Positions 49,599 to 60,988 of a DNA stretch of 64,000 bases are shown piece after piece. A model generated the notes under the pieces. That model saw only the letters and a program-made list of their open reading frames with translations, did no database searches and was not told where the DNA came from. The translations under genes were made by a program, and so were the position numbers. Origin of the DNA: Neodothiora populina (lineage: Eukaryota); the NCBI RefSeq assembly GCF_041146345.1, contig NW_027191413.1, positions 558,001 to 622,000 of the forward strand, read 5' to 3'. The number at the start of each line of letters is the position of its first letter. The first letter of the stretch is position 1.

Positions 49599-51752
49599 TT
49601 ACAACTTGTAGTTACCAGCCGAAGCGGCAGGTCCAGACCTGACAGCGTCGCCGTCGACATTGGTCAACTCACCCTTCTTGCCAATGATCTTGACATTGCC
49701 CTTCTTGAGATCACCGATGACCTCCTTGCGCGCCCTGGTCTTCTTGTTCTCGGGCTTCTTGTTGCGCGAGGCCTCGGCGTTAGCGCTGCCCTTGCGCTCT
49801 CTCTCCTTGTCACGGCGTCTGCGCCTCTTGCGCTCTTCTCGTGACATCTCCTCGCGCGCAACGGGCAGACCGCCTCGCGTGGCAACCTCCTCGGAGCGCT
49901 TCTCGATGGCCTCGCCGGCCTTGTAGACTTCTTGGGGAGCGAGCTGGCTGGCTCCTGCTGCTTCTGCGCCGGCGGTGGGACGGGCGTCTTCGAGTCTGAC
50001 GACGGGCGCGTCGACGCGGATGTCCAGCTGGGCCGTCTTGGGTCCCGGCTTGAAGTGGAAGGAGCTGAGGCTGTCCAGCTTGTGCACAATGTCTTTCCAC
50101 AGCCCCTCGATTTCCTTTTGCTGCTTCTGCGTCTGCTCGTCCTTGGCGTCGACGTAGTTGGGATCCGTCTGCTTGAGGTGCTCTTCCTCGTACATTTCCG
50201 CCAGCGACTTCTTCGACTTTGTGTCGTCGAGGTGGAAGTCTAGACGGCCGCGGCGGGCGTCCTTGCCCGTGGCTAGGTCGTCTGGTCGTCTGCGCGGGAT
50301 GTCTTGGAAGTCTTGGGCCAGGATGCGGCGCTTGATGAGCTCTTCGATGCTTTCGCTCACTTCGGCAGTGATGACGGGGACGGGCTTTCCGGCACGCTCA
50401 AAGTCGAGGTCCTCCTCGAGCAGAGAGTTCATTGGTCGATCCGCCGCTCGTGCTTCACCGGAAAGTGTCCACTCTCGCTTTGCGACGTTGGCGGCTTCGA
50501 GTTTGCGGATTTCCTTTTCGATCTCGGCGCGGCGGCGCTCGTGAGTGCTTCGGCGTGAGCGAGGATCCGCGGGGTCGAGTTCTTCGCCTCCTTCGTCTTC
50601 CTCTTGGTCGGACTCGTCGAAGAGGTCGCGGTGGACAGCTTCCATTGTGCGCTCCATCTCGGCCTCGATATCCTTGTCGTCTTTGGCGGCGCCGGGGACC
50701 TGCTCTGCCGCAGGGAAGTTGTGAGGGTTCGGACGTCCTTTTTTGTTTTTTCTAGTGGCTTTCTTGGCTGGAGGTGCGAAAAAGTCTTCGTATTTGATGT
50801 CGTTGGTGTTGGACAGGCCGGCCATGTCATCCATCTCGCCCTCCTCTACTTCAGCATCGTCGTCTCCCTCGTCGTCGCTGAAGGGTGCGTTCAGATCGGC
50901 GTCGCCAAAGGTGGGACCTCCTTCCTCGTCGTCTTCATTGTCTTCGTTGTCTTGACCTGCGGCGGCCCGGCCGTCTGCTCCGAGAGGGTTGGTGCCCCAA
51001 TCAATCTCTTCGTCGTCATCGTCCACCTCGTCCTGATCGCCACGCATGTCGGCTTGTTCGAGGAAGTCGGATTGTTTGTTGAAGTCGTCGATGGAGAAGA
51101 AGCCGTCGTTGAGGCCGTTGGGGTCAGGAACGTATTCCTCGGCAGGCTGCTCGTCGTCTTCGTCGTCTTCGTCCGCATCGCCGCCCATCTCAATGTCTTC
51201 GCCATCTTCTTGATCTTCCTCTGCGTCTTGCTCTTGTTCCTCGTCCTCGTCTTCGACAAGCTGTTCGCCCTCATCTTCGTCGTCAGAGGTGTGGTATTCT
51301 TCGTCGTCGTCGTCGTCCACACCCTCGACTTCATAGTCAACACCCTCTTCGCCCATTTCGCTCTCGTCATCCTCTTCGTCTTGGGACTCCTGGGCGGCGT
51401 GTTTTGCTTGTAGCTCATTCAAGCCCTTCTCGGCCTCCTTCCTTGCAGCGTCGATGACTCTTCGCGCCTGCTCCCAGATCTGCTCGATGGCGAAACCGTC
51501 GACGTGCACCTTCTTGAGTCGAAGGACTTGATCTTCTTCGTCAAGGTGTTCGCCTCTTTTCCGCTTCTTCCTTGCGTCTGCGAACCGTTCCTGCTGTGCT
51601 TCCGAGATTGAAGCGGCGATCGGGTCCAGTGCCTTCTTCAGATACGACAGCGATGAGGCGTGCAGTGCTGGAGGAGGTTGTAGAAAAGCGTGTTGGGCGG
51701 ATGCCAGCGAGGATAGCAGGTCGCTCTGCGGAGCCTGCGCAGAGACGGCCAT
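49599..51752 (-). CDS. MPP10: U3 snoRNP / SSU processome protein Mpp10
   Basis: Acidic central region, LNDGFFSIDDF, WTLSGEA...RPMNSLLEEDLDFE, KLDSLSSFHFKP and LAPQEVY. An alternative in-frame ATG lies at 51845. Confidence 0.93.
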   Translation of the reverse strand: MAVSAQAPQSDLLSSLASAQHAFLQPPPALHASSLSYLKKALDPIAASISEAQQERFADARKKRKRGEHLDEEDQVLRLKKVHVDGFAIEQIWEQARRVIDAARKEAEKGLNELQAKHAAQESQDEEDDESEMGEEGVDYEVEGVDDDDDEEYHTSDDEDEGEQLVEDEDEEQEQDAEEDQEDGEDIEMGGDADEDDEDDEQPAEEYVPDPNGLNDGFFSIDDFNKQSDFLEQADMRGDQDEVDDDDEEIDWGTNPLGADGRAAAGQDNEDNEDDEEGGPTFGDADLNAPFSDDEGDDDAEVEEGEMDDMAGLSNTNDIKYEDFFAPPAKKATRKNKKGRPNPHNFPAAEQVPGAAKDDKDIEAEMERTMEAVHRDLFDESDQEEDEGGEELDPADPRSRRSTHERRRAEIEKEIRKLEAANVAKREWTLSGEARAADRPMNSLLEEDLDFERAGKPVPVITAEVSESIEELIKRRILAQDFQDIPRRRPDDLATGKDARRGRLDFHLDDTKSKKSLAEMYEEEHLKQTDPNYVDAKDEQTQKQQKEIEGLWKDIVHKLDSLSSFHFKPGPKTAQLDIRVDAPVVRLEDARPTAGAEAAGASQLAPQEVYKAGEAIEKRSEEVATRGGLPVAREEMSREERKRRRRRDKERERKGSANAEASRNKKPENKKTRARKEVIGDLKKGNVKIIGKKGELTNVDGDAVRSGPAASAGNYKL

Positions 51753-51771
51753 GTTGGGTGTATGGCTGGAC

Positions 51772-51812
51772 TCTTTCTCTTTCTCTTTCTCTTTCTCTTT
51801 CTCTTCCTCTTT
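51772..51812. repeat. (CTTTCT)n hexamer microsatellite upstream of the likely MPP10 start
   Basis: tctttctctttctctttctctttctctttctcttcctcttt seen directly. Confidence 0.85.
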
Positions 51813-52314
51813 CTGTTTCTCACTCGGGAACGCAGAATGCCTCAATCAGAGGACAGGAACAAACTTGGTTTAATTACTGCACGAATCAGTAGGAAGCTCT
51901 TGGTGCAAGACGTGAAGCAGGAAAAAGTTCTGCCAAGAACTAAACCCTTCATCTTCACTTTCTGGATTTGTTTTTAAGCCCGGCTAAGGCCGATGGCTGC
52001 CTCAGGCCGCCATTCCGGTCTAACAATATAATAATCACTCGATCTTATTCGACAATAACAATTGATTTGGTGAATTGATGCGGAGATTCAGGCACGGGCA
52101 GGTGGACCCCTCCATAAACCCCAAACAAGTACTCGGTAGGTACAGTACCTGACTATATATCTCTTTACCACAAGTGACTCTGGTTATATCTACGGTACCT
52201 GTCCTCGACTCGACTGGTTTTATGTTTCTTCGTCGCATACCTTCACCTCGGGCCTCTTGCAGTATCCTTTCCAAAACACATTACAGTCTCACTCCTCGTT
52301 CCATCACAACCAAA

Positions 52315-53067
52315 ATGGCACCCACTGGTATGTGTGAGCTGTCACTGCATGCGCCTGCACAAGAAACATGACCTTTCACCGCTTTCTTGTGCTCGCCGTC
52401 CTTCCACCAGCCTATCTGACTTGTAGCCTCCAGACCAGAAGCCTCGTCCAATTGTAATCTCAGGACCATCCGGATCTGGCAAATCGACCCACCTCAACCG
52501 CCTGCTCAAAGAGTACCCTGATCGCTTCGGTTTCTCCATTTCTCACACCACTCGTGCTCCTCGGGGAGCCGAGCAGAACGGCGTCGAGTACCACTTCGTC
52601 ACCAAGGACGACTTCTTGAAGCTTGTTGATGCCGGGGGCTTCATCGAGCACGCCCAGTTCGGTTCCAACTACTATGGCACCAGCGTACAAGCTGTCAAGG
52701 ATGTCGCGCAACAGAACAGGACTTGTATCCTTGATATCGAGATGGAGGTAAGGGTTTTGTCGCATCATAACCCACCACCTCATCCACCAGTGCTGATACG
52801 AGGACCAAACAGGGAGTGAAACAAGTGAAGAAGACCAACCTCAACGCACGCCTGCTCTCGCTGCAGCCTCCCTCGCTCGACATCCTGGAGAAACGTCTCC
52901 GTGGTCGCGCAACTGATTCCGAAGATGCCATCACTCAGCGTCTTGCTCAGGCCAAGAACGAACTCGCCTATGCCAAGGAGCCCGGTACATTCGACAAGGT
53001 CATCATAAACGATGATCTCGAGAACGCGTGGACAGAGTTCAAGGCTTTCTGCCTTGCTGACGACTAA
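52315..53067 (+). CDS. GUK1: Guanylate kinase
   Basis: RPIVISGPSGSGKST, SHTTRAPRGAE, YHFV, NYYGT, LDIEME|GVKQVK and FDKVIINDDL. Two introns. An upstream in-frame ATG lies at 52222. Confidence 0.95.
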
Positions 53068-53235
53068 ATGGAGTGCAGACTCTGTTTTTGAAAGACGTGC
53101 GGACGTTGGTGCTATTGATGGGATAGAGCTGCGGACGATTTGAGTAAGGCCGCCATTGGACTTTGATTCATGGCCTTCAGACGAATCATTTCTGGTGCAA
53201 TCAAGCCGCATGGACTCCCTTGAAGTGCTGGATCA

Positions 53236-53496
53236 TCATCCAGTGCCGCACGCTACACCGCACTTCCCACTTTCTGTCGTCCTAGTCGCCGCAGTGTGGT
53301 GTGCTATGCCGTTGTCGCTAGCCACGCAGCTCTCGCAACGATCAAGCACGACCCTCAATACCTCATATTTCTTTGGGCACCAACTTTGGCCCGTGACGCG
53401 GCGATGTAGTGGATTCTGAGTACACCACCCATACAAAAGTTCTCCTGGAGGAGCGACGCATCCGCACCGATAGACGTATTGATATATCATGCACAT
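53236..53496 (-). CDS. Small Cys-rich hypothetical protein (paralog A)
   Basis: 86 aa with C2, C11, C13, C25, H31, C40PK, C54 and C57. The pattern is shared with 56120-56542. Confidence 0.6.
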   Translation of the reverse strand: MCMIYQYVYRCGCVAPPGELLYGWCTQNPLHRRVTGQSWCPKKYEVLRVVLDRCESCVASDNGIAHHTAATRTTESGKCGVACGTG

Positions 53497-54015
53497 AGCT
53501 TTCCGGCTTTTTCCTTCCTTGTTTTCGTGCTCCTGACCTATGACACTTTCTCTAGCTGCTCAGGAAACTGGTGAAAGAGAGCAACTCATAGGACTGAGGT
53601 ATGCACAAGAAACGAGGTCAAAGTGAAAGTGATGGATGAACCGCGTTCTGCTCCTTCCTAAAATTTGTCCGATCTGGTTGTGATGCTTCACTGTTTCATC
53701 GCTCTTTAGCATGCCACTACTGTGAAATACATCAACAAGGTAATCAGAGAAACTCCCGGGCAAACACTCCACTTTCTCATCTCCGTTGATTGGCAAAAGC
53801 AAAAGAAGCGAAGCCACGAAAATAAACCCAAAAACTGAGTCAATATATGACAGAGGGTAGATGTATTCAACAGCAACCAGATCAAACCCCTTCGCTTGCT
53901 GACCGCAACTATGCTCATGCACCAATCCGGACCTCACTTCCTGCTGCCACTCATCCCCTCTTTTTCTTCTGTCTTACTTTTTCCCCAGTCTCACGATGAG
54001 TAGTGGTCATACAAT

Positions 54016-54045
<30 letters not shown>
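54016..54045. repeat. (AGC)10 microsatellite
   Basis: Ten consecutive AGC units; a G11 run lies at 54152-54162. Confidence 0.9.
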
Positions 54046-54049
<4 letters not shown>

Positions 54050-56119
54050 TCAATCCTGAAACCCGGGCCAGACAGAAGACTACCCACCCGCATATCTGAC
54101 TCCATTCAGAACCATGGAACGTCGCTCGCGCGAATACAGAGATACAGACGTGGGGGGGGGGGTTTGTTTCGTACGACATCAGGTAGCATTATATATTACC
54201 TTGGCACAGAGACAGAAAAGAAAGGGTACCGAGGACCATTCACGACCAGTCTTCTGGGTTTTGCTCTTCTTGCTCCCGGTTCGTGTTTTTGCGAGGAGAA
54301 AAGTTGACGTGTCTCGTTTGATCGAGCGCGCTCTCCGCGCGTCTAGCTTATGGCGGAGGTGGTCTGGCTCATTCGTCATGTGAGGAGATACGGTTGGATT
54401 CGCTGGCTTACATAGGTATATGCATGCATGCACGAATTGAAAAGCGCATGCTTTTTGGATGTGGTTGACCGCTCTGGGACAGGGTTGCCCTCCTCAGCAA
54501 TAGACTTTCATTTCAAATGATTAAGAGTCAGGCCGGCAGGTAGACATTTGTTGTGTGTATACTTTACAGAAAAAATCTTTGTGGTGGACACTGATTGGAT
54601 GGTGATGTTAAGGATATCATGTAAACATCAAGTTGTTCAAAGAAACAAATAGAATGCTACGACAGCTTCGTGAAAGGCCTATGATCTCCCATGTCATCCA
54701 TGATCGCGCGACTGCCGCAGTCTAGGTAGCTTTGCTGTCATCATCTTGCCTCTTGAAGATCCAAAAAAGAGTCCCAGACCAACACAAAATAGTGTTGTCG
54801 AATGCCATAGACTGCTTGCCTGTCATCTAGCCCCTGCTTCATCTGATGCTTGATGCTTTGGGTGTACTCTTGCATCGCCCTGAAACCCGTCCCTCCTTCT
54901 CTCTCTGCTGTTCTTACTTCTGTCCCTCTCGCCGTCTCGTACTCGCGTAGATTGAAGCCCCTCGTACACATGTGATGCAACGCTGGCTGCTGTTACATCT
55001 CCCGCGGGAAGTGAGATCTGAACGTGTTAATACACCACAGGATGGAGTGGCAAAGAGATGACTGCGCAGAGTGCTGACCGTCGGCAGTGCTCGAACCAAA
55101 TTCCGACCGCACGATCTCTTGTATGCTGGTGATATAACAAACAAACATGTCTGCTTCGTCCGAACAAGACTACCGAGAACCCAGAGTATAGACGCGTGGG
55201 GTCGGCATCAGTGGTGGTCGCTGTCGATAGCAACCGATGATCAAGGTCTCGCTTCCACCACTAGAGTGATCGCACCTTCACCACAACAATTCTCGATACC
55301 GTTCTTGGGTTATCCCTGATGCTTGCAGAGCACGCTCGTCATTCCCTTTTCAGTGTGTTGATTTCGTTGTTGATCGAACGAAAACATTCGTGCGCTAAAG
55401 GCCAAGATATACGGACGAGGATGTCGTCTTGCAAAGCAAACTCGATAGTGTCAACATTGAACAACAGACGTATATAGGGATAATTCAAGTGGCGTCTGTA
55501 TGTCAAACAGATTTTGTTCTAAAAGTGTTGTTCGTGGAGACTTGATAGCTGTGACTGGATTCAACCCAAAATATTGGACCAGGCAGCGTTTCGTGCTACT
55601 AGGACGTGAAACCGAGCTGTCATGACACATGGAATTTCCACTAAGCAAATGCCCAAGCCAAAAGTCATGGTGGCCTCAAGGCAAGTAGGCCGATCCGAAG
55701 ACCCACTATACTGAAAGCAAGTGTCAGCAGTTGTGGTAAGGAACCACAACGACACAAATGATAAGAAACGTACTTATTGTATAGATTGAGGTCCGATCCA
55801 TAACAAACTACATGTCAGCTTCGTCAACGCGCAATGAACATCATTTAACGAGACGTTGATGTGGCTTAGCATCTCCGCAGCCGTCCCAGGTACTACCCAG
55901 AGAGATGGGGTACACATGCCTGATGAGAGAAACAATATCAGACAGGAATGGTGATGAAAGTGAAAGGGCTGCATAGGACGATGAAGGAGATAATGACCAT
56001 CGAACATGGTGACTCACGATATCCTTGTAACGCGCGCAATCCCACACTTAGGGATAAAGAAAAGGGTGCGAGTGTTGCTTGCCTCGAAGTATCAGATGGC
56101 CTCACCTTGAGACTTGAAT

Positions 56120-56542
56120 TCACAACGCTTTGCTGTGCCCAATGTATAAACTTTCAGGCATTTGAGCTGCTGTCAGTTGTGGAGATTTTTGATCAAGCTC
56201 TCCGTAACCCGTATCTGTCACGCCAAAGTCAGACAGTTGAACGAAGTTGTGTCTATACCTCGACCTGGAGAGCGTGTGAGTGTAATTCAGCCTCACGTCT
56301 CTCGTCCCAGAGCAGACAGATGACCCACCCCTCAGTACTTCAGTACCCACTTTCTGCCTTTCCCTCCAATAGCACTGGAAACACTGTCCTAGATCTGCGG
56401 TGAAGATTTGGAAACCCTTGGGGCAGTCACCAATTTCCGGGGTCTGGTGCAATCCGTTTTCTGGGCAGAATTGGTATGTGGTAGCAGGAATGCCCATGGT
56501 CATGCATTGACAAGAGTACGCGTAACTGCGGATCTGGCACAT
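56120..56542 (-). CDS. Small Cys-rich hypothetical protein (paralog B)
   Basis: 140-aa ORF whose first 57 residues align almost without gaps to paralog A. Confidence 0.6.
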   Translation of the reverse strand: MCQIRSYAYSCQCMTMGIPATTYQFCPENGLHQTPEIGDCPKGFQIFTADLGQCFQCYWRERQKVGTEVLRGGSSVCSGTRDVRLNYTHTLSRSRYRHNFVQLSDFGVTDTGYGELDQKSPQLTAAQMPESLYIGHSKAL

Positions 56543-58629
56543 TGCTCATGCTCGGCGTATTGACCAGTGAACCTTGACATCAAAGCAGATGTATTTTGTT
56601 GAAGTGGGCAAGAGACGAAAGACTGAGGTATATGATGGGACCATGTAAGGCTCGAGACGCAGCACTGAAATCGCGCTTGTGCATGAAAATCTTCGAGATG
56701 CTAGAGGTACCAATCGATAACCAAAGGTGGGTAGCAACGAACAGCAATAACTAGGACCAGGCGGCAGCAATCATAGACAAATTACCTATCCTACCGCTGC
56801 TTCCATGATATGCTGTGCCACCCGTCTCGAGACGCTTGACCTGCCTTGTCGTATCAATGGCACACTGTATGCACATGGACTGGTCCGCTGCTCAGTATCA
56901 ATCTCGCAGGAATCGCCACTCACATCGTCGATGATCTGCGTCGTGGGTGGCAAGCCAGTGTTGAGAGATCATGGCTGATGTCAAACCACACCCTCAATCG
57001 ACCAGCAGCCAAACGGATATAATTCCCAATTACCAGCCAGCAACGAGTGCACCGAAGCTTCTAGGTCGAAACGCCATTCGGCATGTGCCTAACCCCCGCC
57101 GGTCAAGGATGATCCCAAAGCAATGATCTTCAATCCTTCCTGATTCGTTTCACATCCAGGGGTAACATGCTTCTAGTCGTGACATTCCGTAGCAGCTTCT
57201 CCATCGAGCAAGGCCCATGAACAGTGCACGGCTGAAATTTGACCGTAACGTTGATGGTATATGGCGAAGTCGTGCCGCGATATCGATCCCTTCGGTGACT
57301 ATCATAGATTGCATATCGACCCACGCCAATCTACGATATTTGTCAAACGATATGTGGGGAAGGTGGAACTCGTACTGTAATGGTCGCGAGTCCTGCTTGC
57401 ACGATCGTATCTGGTAACTGAGTGATTACTTATGCCCAGTCACATCATGTCAGCCATCTCCCACAACAGGTGCATGAGTATCGCCAGCTGATGACCTGCC
57501 AACTAGATCTGTCAAGCGAATGTACAGAATGAATTGCTCGGTGCCATGCGCCGGCAATGTGCTAGTGGTAAGTTCCTGTTCCCCGACTATATGATCTTCC
57601 ACACATGTTCCAAGCGTTTGGAGCATACTAATATAGAACAGCAGATCGCCCGGCGTTATACTGTAGTTCCATGGACCTCATGCTGGTTCTTTGCACCACC
57701 AAAGATACTGCGCAAGCTGGCGACTGGCTTCGGTCCGCGTGGCCCATACAGTATAGTGATCTCGGTCATACCCGACCGCAGTACCGCACGATCCGTAATA
57801 TAGATATGTGTCTCGCCATCGACGGCCGGGATGTCGGTCGTGAAGAGGCTTCTAATGATATTCTGGGGGCCTACTGATGTACGCCACGTGTTGTCCGTTC
57901 GCACGAAAAACACAGGTTCTGGCATCTAAAGTTAAAGATCTCCATCCGGGGCTCTCGGAACGAGCTTACGAGATTACTCTAGCGGCTGTCATGATCCCTC
58001 TCACTTCAAAAAGAATGCTTCAAGTGTGGCTTAGTGCTGATATAACGCTAGATCACCAGATTGGCACGCTACATTCAACAACTAAGCATAATGTGATATC
58101 TTAAGACGTGACGAGTCAAATAGCTACTATTTGTAAGGAGGTACCTTATGCGTTCCGTGTCTCATCTATCGCGGATGCGGTCCATTCATCCAGCGCTAAT
58201 CGGCTGAACACCAGTCAAGAAGTTCCCCTCTCTGTTTCTGCAGCACCTATAGGTGGTACAGTCAGTGAGCCCATGCGGCAATACTTGACGATTTAAGATG
58301 ATCAGCAGGCTCGAACCGCCGCGCTCATGCAACCTGACCTGTGAACGAATGATTTGAATAATGAACATTAATCTAAGCTGTCTCAGATGTACCTGCAGCT
58401 GATACCAAAATGTAGATAAGCGTCTCTGAGGCCAGGATAGCACCAAACCAAAGATCGAGTCCAAGGCATCTTCCATAGCAAGGTATGCTATCTTGGTTGT
58501 GAGACTATCTCCGATGGATCCGACCAGGCCAAAAGAGATGGATGCTAGGAAGTGGAGGGAATGTTCCGAGCAGATGATGTGGCCTGTCAGTGCCAACGAC
58601 TCCCACTAATTAGCACTGCGTCATCTTAC

Positions 58630-59463
58630 TCATGAAACGTACGGACTTTTGCTCAGCAAGGGTCTGGCGATGCAATCCTCCCGGAGGATCTCCCAAGATA
58701 TGGTGGGCAGGGACAGCAATTCCATGCCATGCCAGGCGTACGGCCCGCTTGCCGGCAATGCTAGTGACATTACAAGATTGTCCTTGTGCAGCCACATATC
58801 TCCAATGAGTTTGGCCTCTTCTCTGTTCGACCAATTGTAATTTTGATTCTGCTCGAAAAGAGTAGAAGCTATCAGTAGACGAGATTTGGTGTCGTCAATT
58901 ATACTCGTCACCTCTCTGAAACCAGCGAAGTAAGTCGAAGCTGCCGATATGGGAACGTGCATTCTGCTATATGTCTCCACAAGCTCTACAGCCAACACCA
59001 ATTGAATATCCACATGTCCAAGCGAGGGGAGTTCAGCGATTAAACCTTGGAGGCCGTCGAATGTAGGAATGGCAGAGTCTGACTCGCAAAATACGACGAC
59101 AGCTACTCTCCTAATGAGCTTGTAAATATATGGTGGCATGTGGCCATACCACGGAAGTGGAGGGAGTGTCAAAGATAATGCATCGGATGTTGTTGCCATG
59201 ACAAGCACCAAATGCATATTGCTGGACATGGACGACTGATATTCGTCGTGTATTTGTCGATTGATGCGCATCATCTCTGGCCGCAAGCAGTTGACTATGG
59301 CAGATTCCTGTCTTTGCAGACCAGAAGTCCATCCAGTATCATCTGATCCGACGTATCTGGGCAATGCAATTCGTTCATCTCGGAGAAGGAGACAATAGAT
59401 TTCATCACGAATTTCGCGCGGGAGGTCCAGAAACCGGAAGGAACCATAAGTGTTGAACTCCAT
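58630..59463 (-). CDS. Hypothetical protein with N-terminal fungal F-box-like motif
   Basis: 277 aa. FRFLDLPREIRDEIYCLLL and later MMRINRQIHDE, a pattern common in fungal F-box-like/2EXR-like orphans. Confidence 0.65.
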   Translation of the reverse strand: MEFNTYGSFRFLDLPREIRDEIYCLLLRDERIALPRYVGSDDTGWTSGLQRQESAIVNCLRPEMMRINRQIHDEYQSSMSSNMHLVLVMATTSDALSLTLPPLPWYGHMPPYIYKLIRRVAVVVFCESDSAIPTFDGLQGLIAELPSLGHVDIQLVLAVELVETYSRMHVPISAASTYFAGFREVTSIIDDTKSRLLIASTLFEQNQNYNWSNREEAKLIGDMWLHKDNLVMSLALPASGPYAWHGMELLSLPTISWEILREDCIARPLLSKSPYVS

Positions 59464-60200
59464 GACTCGTCACATTGGATAGAGCTTTTACCTCTTCACG
59501 TACAGACCATGATGGGAGAACCTTGCAGCATGATGATAGCTGACCCAGAGTCCTGTCATCTGAATTTACAAGATAGAGAAGGGACACAGCACATCAAACA
59601 AGATCGGGGAAGGAAGTGGAGGCCACGACGTCAGAAGTATACAGCTGGGTAAGGCTTGGCAATCGATCCATCACCTTTCAGGAACACTGTATACCATAGT
59701 ACAGCGTATGAGACGGGCTTGACATAAATCAAAGGATAGAGTGGCTACTAAGGCTTCCATACCGAACCATTACTCACTGGTGAAGGTCAAGTGAAGGTCT
59801 CAAGTGAGTGGTCTTGAAGTGAGATCTGGGCGTACCACAGCGGTCATGGCATGCAAAGGAGGTGAACCTGAACATAAGCCTCACCCACTCCTAGAACATC
59901 TCAGCCATCCGAGTCTATCATATCAGACTTTATTCCATTACCTTGTAATAGTCCAGCTTGTACTGGTTCCTCACAAGCATATAACTGTTCTTTGTGCAAG
60001 GGTGCTAGAAAGAGGAAGCATTCAGCCAATCATGAGACGGCATGCGCAATTGCAGCTGCCCCACGTAAGCCACAGACATCTCCAAGCCGGCGATTCTGAA
60101 CCTCACATGTCTATAATATTATTTCTTTGCATCGCCATAGATAACCACTGTTTGGTGCATACTTCGTCTAAGTGAATTTATACGAGCGAAACCCGACAAA

Positions 60201-60988
60201 ATGGATATCCGCGTCCTCAGACCTTCAGACATTCCCCATGTCCAACAGACAAATATCACCAACCTACCGGAGAATTACTTCTGCAAATACTACATGTACC
60301 ATGCAATGAGCTGGCCGCAATTGAGTTATGTCGCCGTAGATGTACGAGTACCTTCAGCTATTGGAACCTCAGAAACACGAACTGACATATGTATAGGTCT
60401 CGCGCCCACAACAAACCCCTTACGACCCCCCGAAAATCGTTGGCTATGTTCTGGCGAAGATGGAAGAGGAACCCACTGATGGATTGCAACACGGTCATAT
60501 CACTTCATTGAGCGTTATGCGAACACATCGAAGGCTTGGACTTGCGGAGAAGTTGATGAGGCAAAGTCGTATGCATTCAACAACCGACCCAGAGTAGAAG
60601 GTGGGAGACTAGATGACTGATCAATCTCACAGAAAGAGCCATGGCAGAAATCTACGGAGCGTCCTACGTTTCTTTGCACGTCCGTGTTTCCAACAAAGCC
60701 GCTTTAGCACTCTACAGAGATACCCTTGGCTTCAAGGTTGAGGGTACTGAGCCGAAGTACTACGCCGATGGAGAGGATGCTTACAGCATGAAGATGAACC
60801 TCGAACATCTGAGACTGTCGCCGGCAGACATGGATAGCGATGACGAGGCAGGGGAGAAGAGCGTGGGCAAAGACGAGGGCGGCGAAGTTGGCTCAGCAGG
60901 GAACAAAGACAAGGTGCACAAGGTCAAAGTTGGTCGGCAACTAGGTGTAGGCGAATTGGTGGAGAAAAACGAGAGTAGCGCTACTTAG
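60201..60988 (+). CDS. ARD1: NatA catalytic N-alpha-acetyltransferase
   Basis: [53 protein letters not shown] and [11 protein letters not shown]. Two introns. Confidence 0.96.

Noticed and set aside
50604..51418. 269-aa plus-strand and 175-aa minus-strand ORFs within MPP10
   Set aside because: Antisense and alternate-frame shadows of the acidic low-complexity region.
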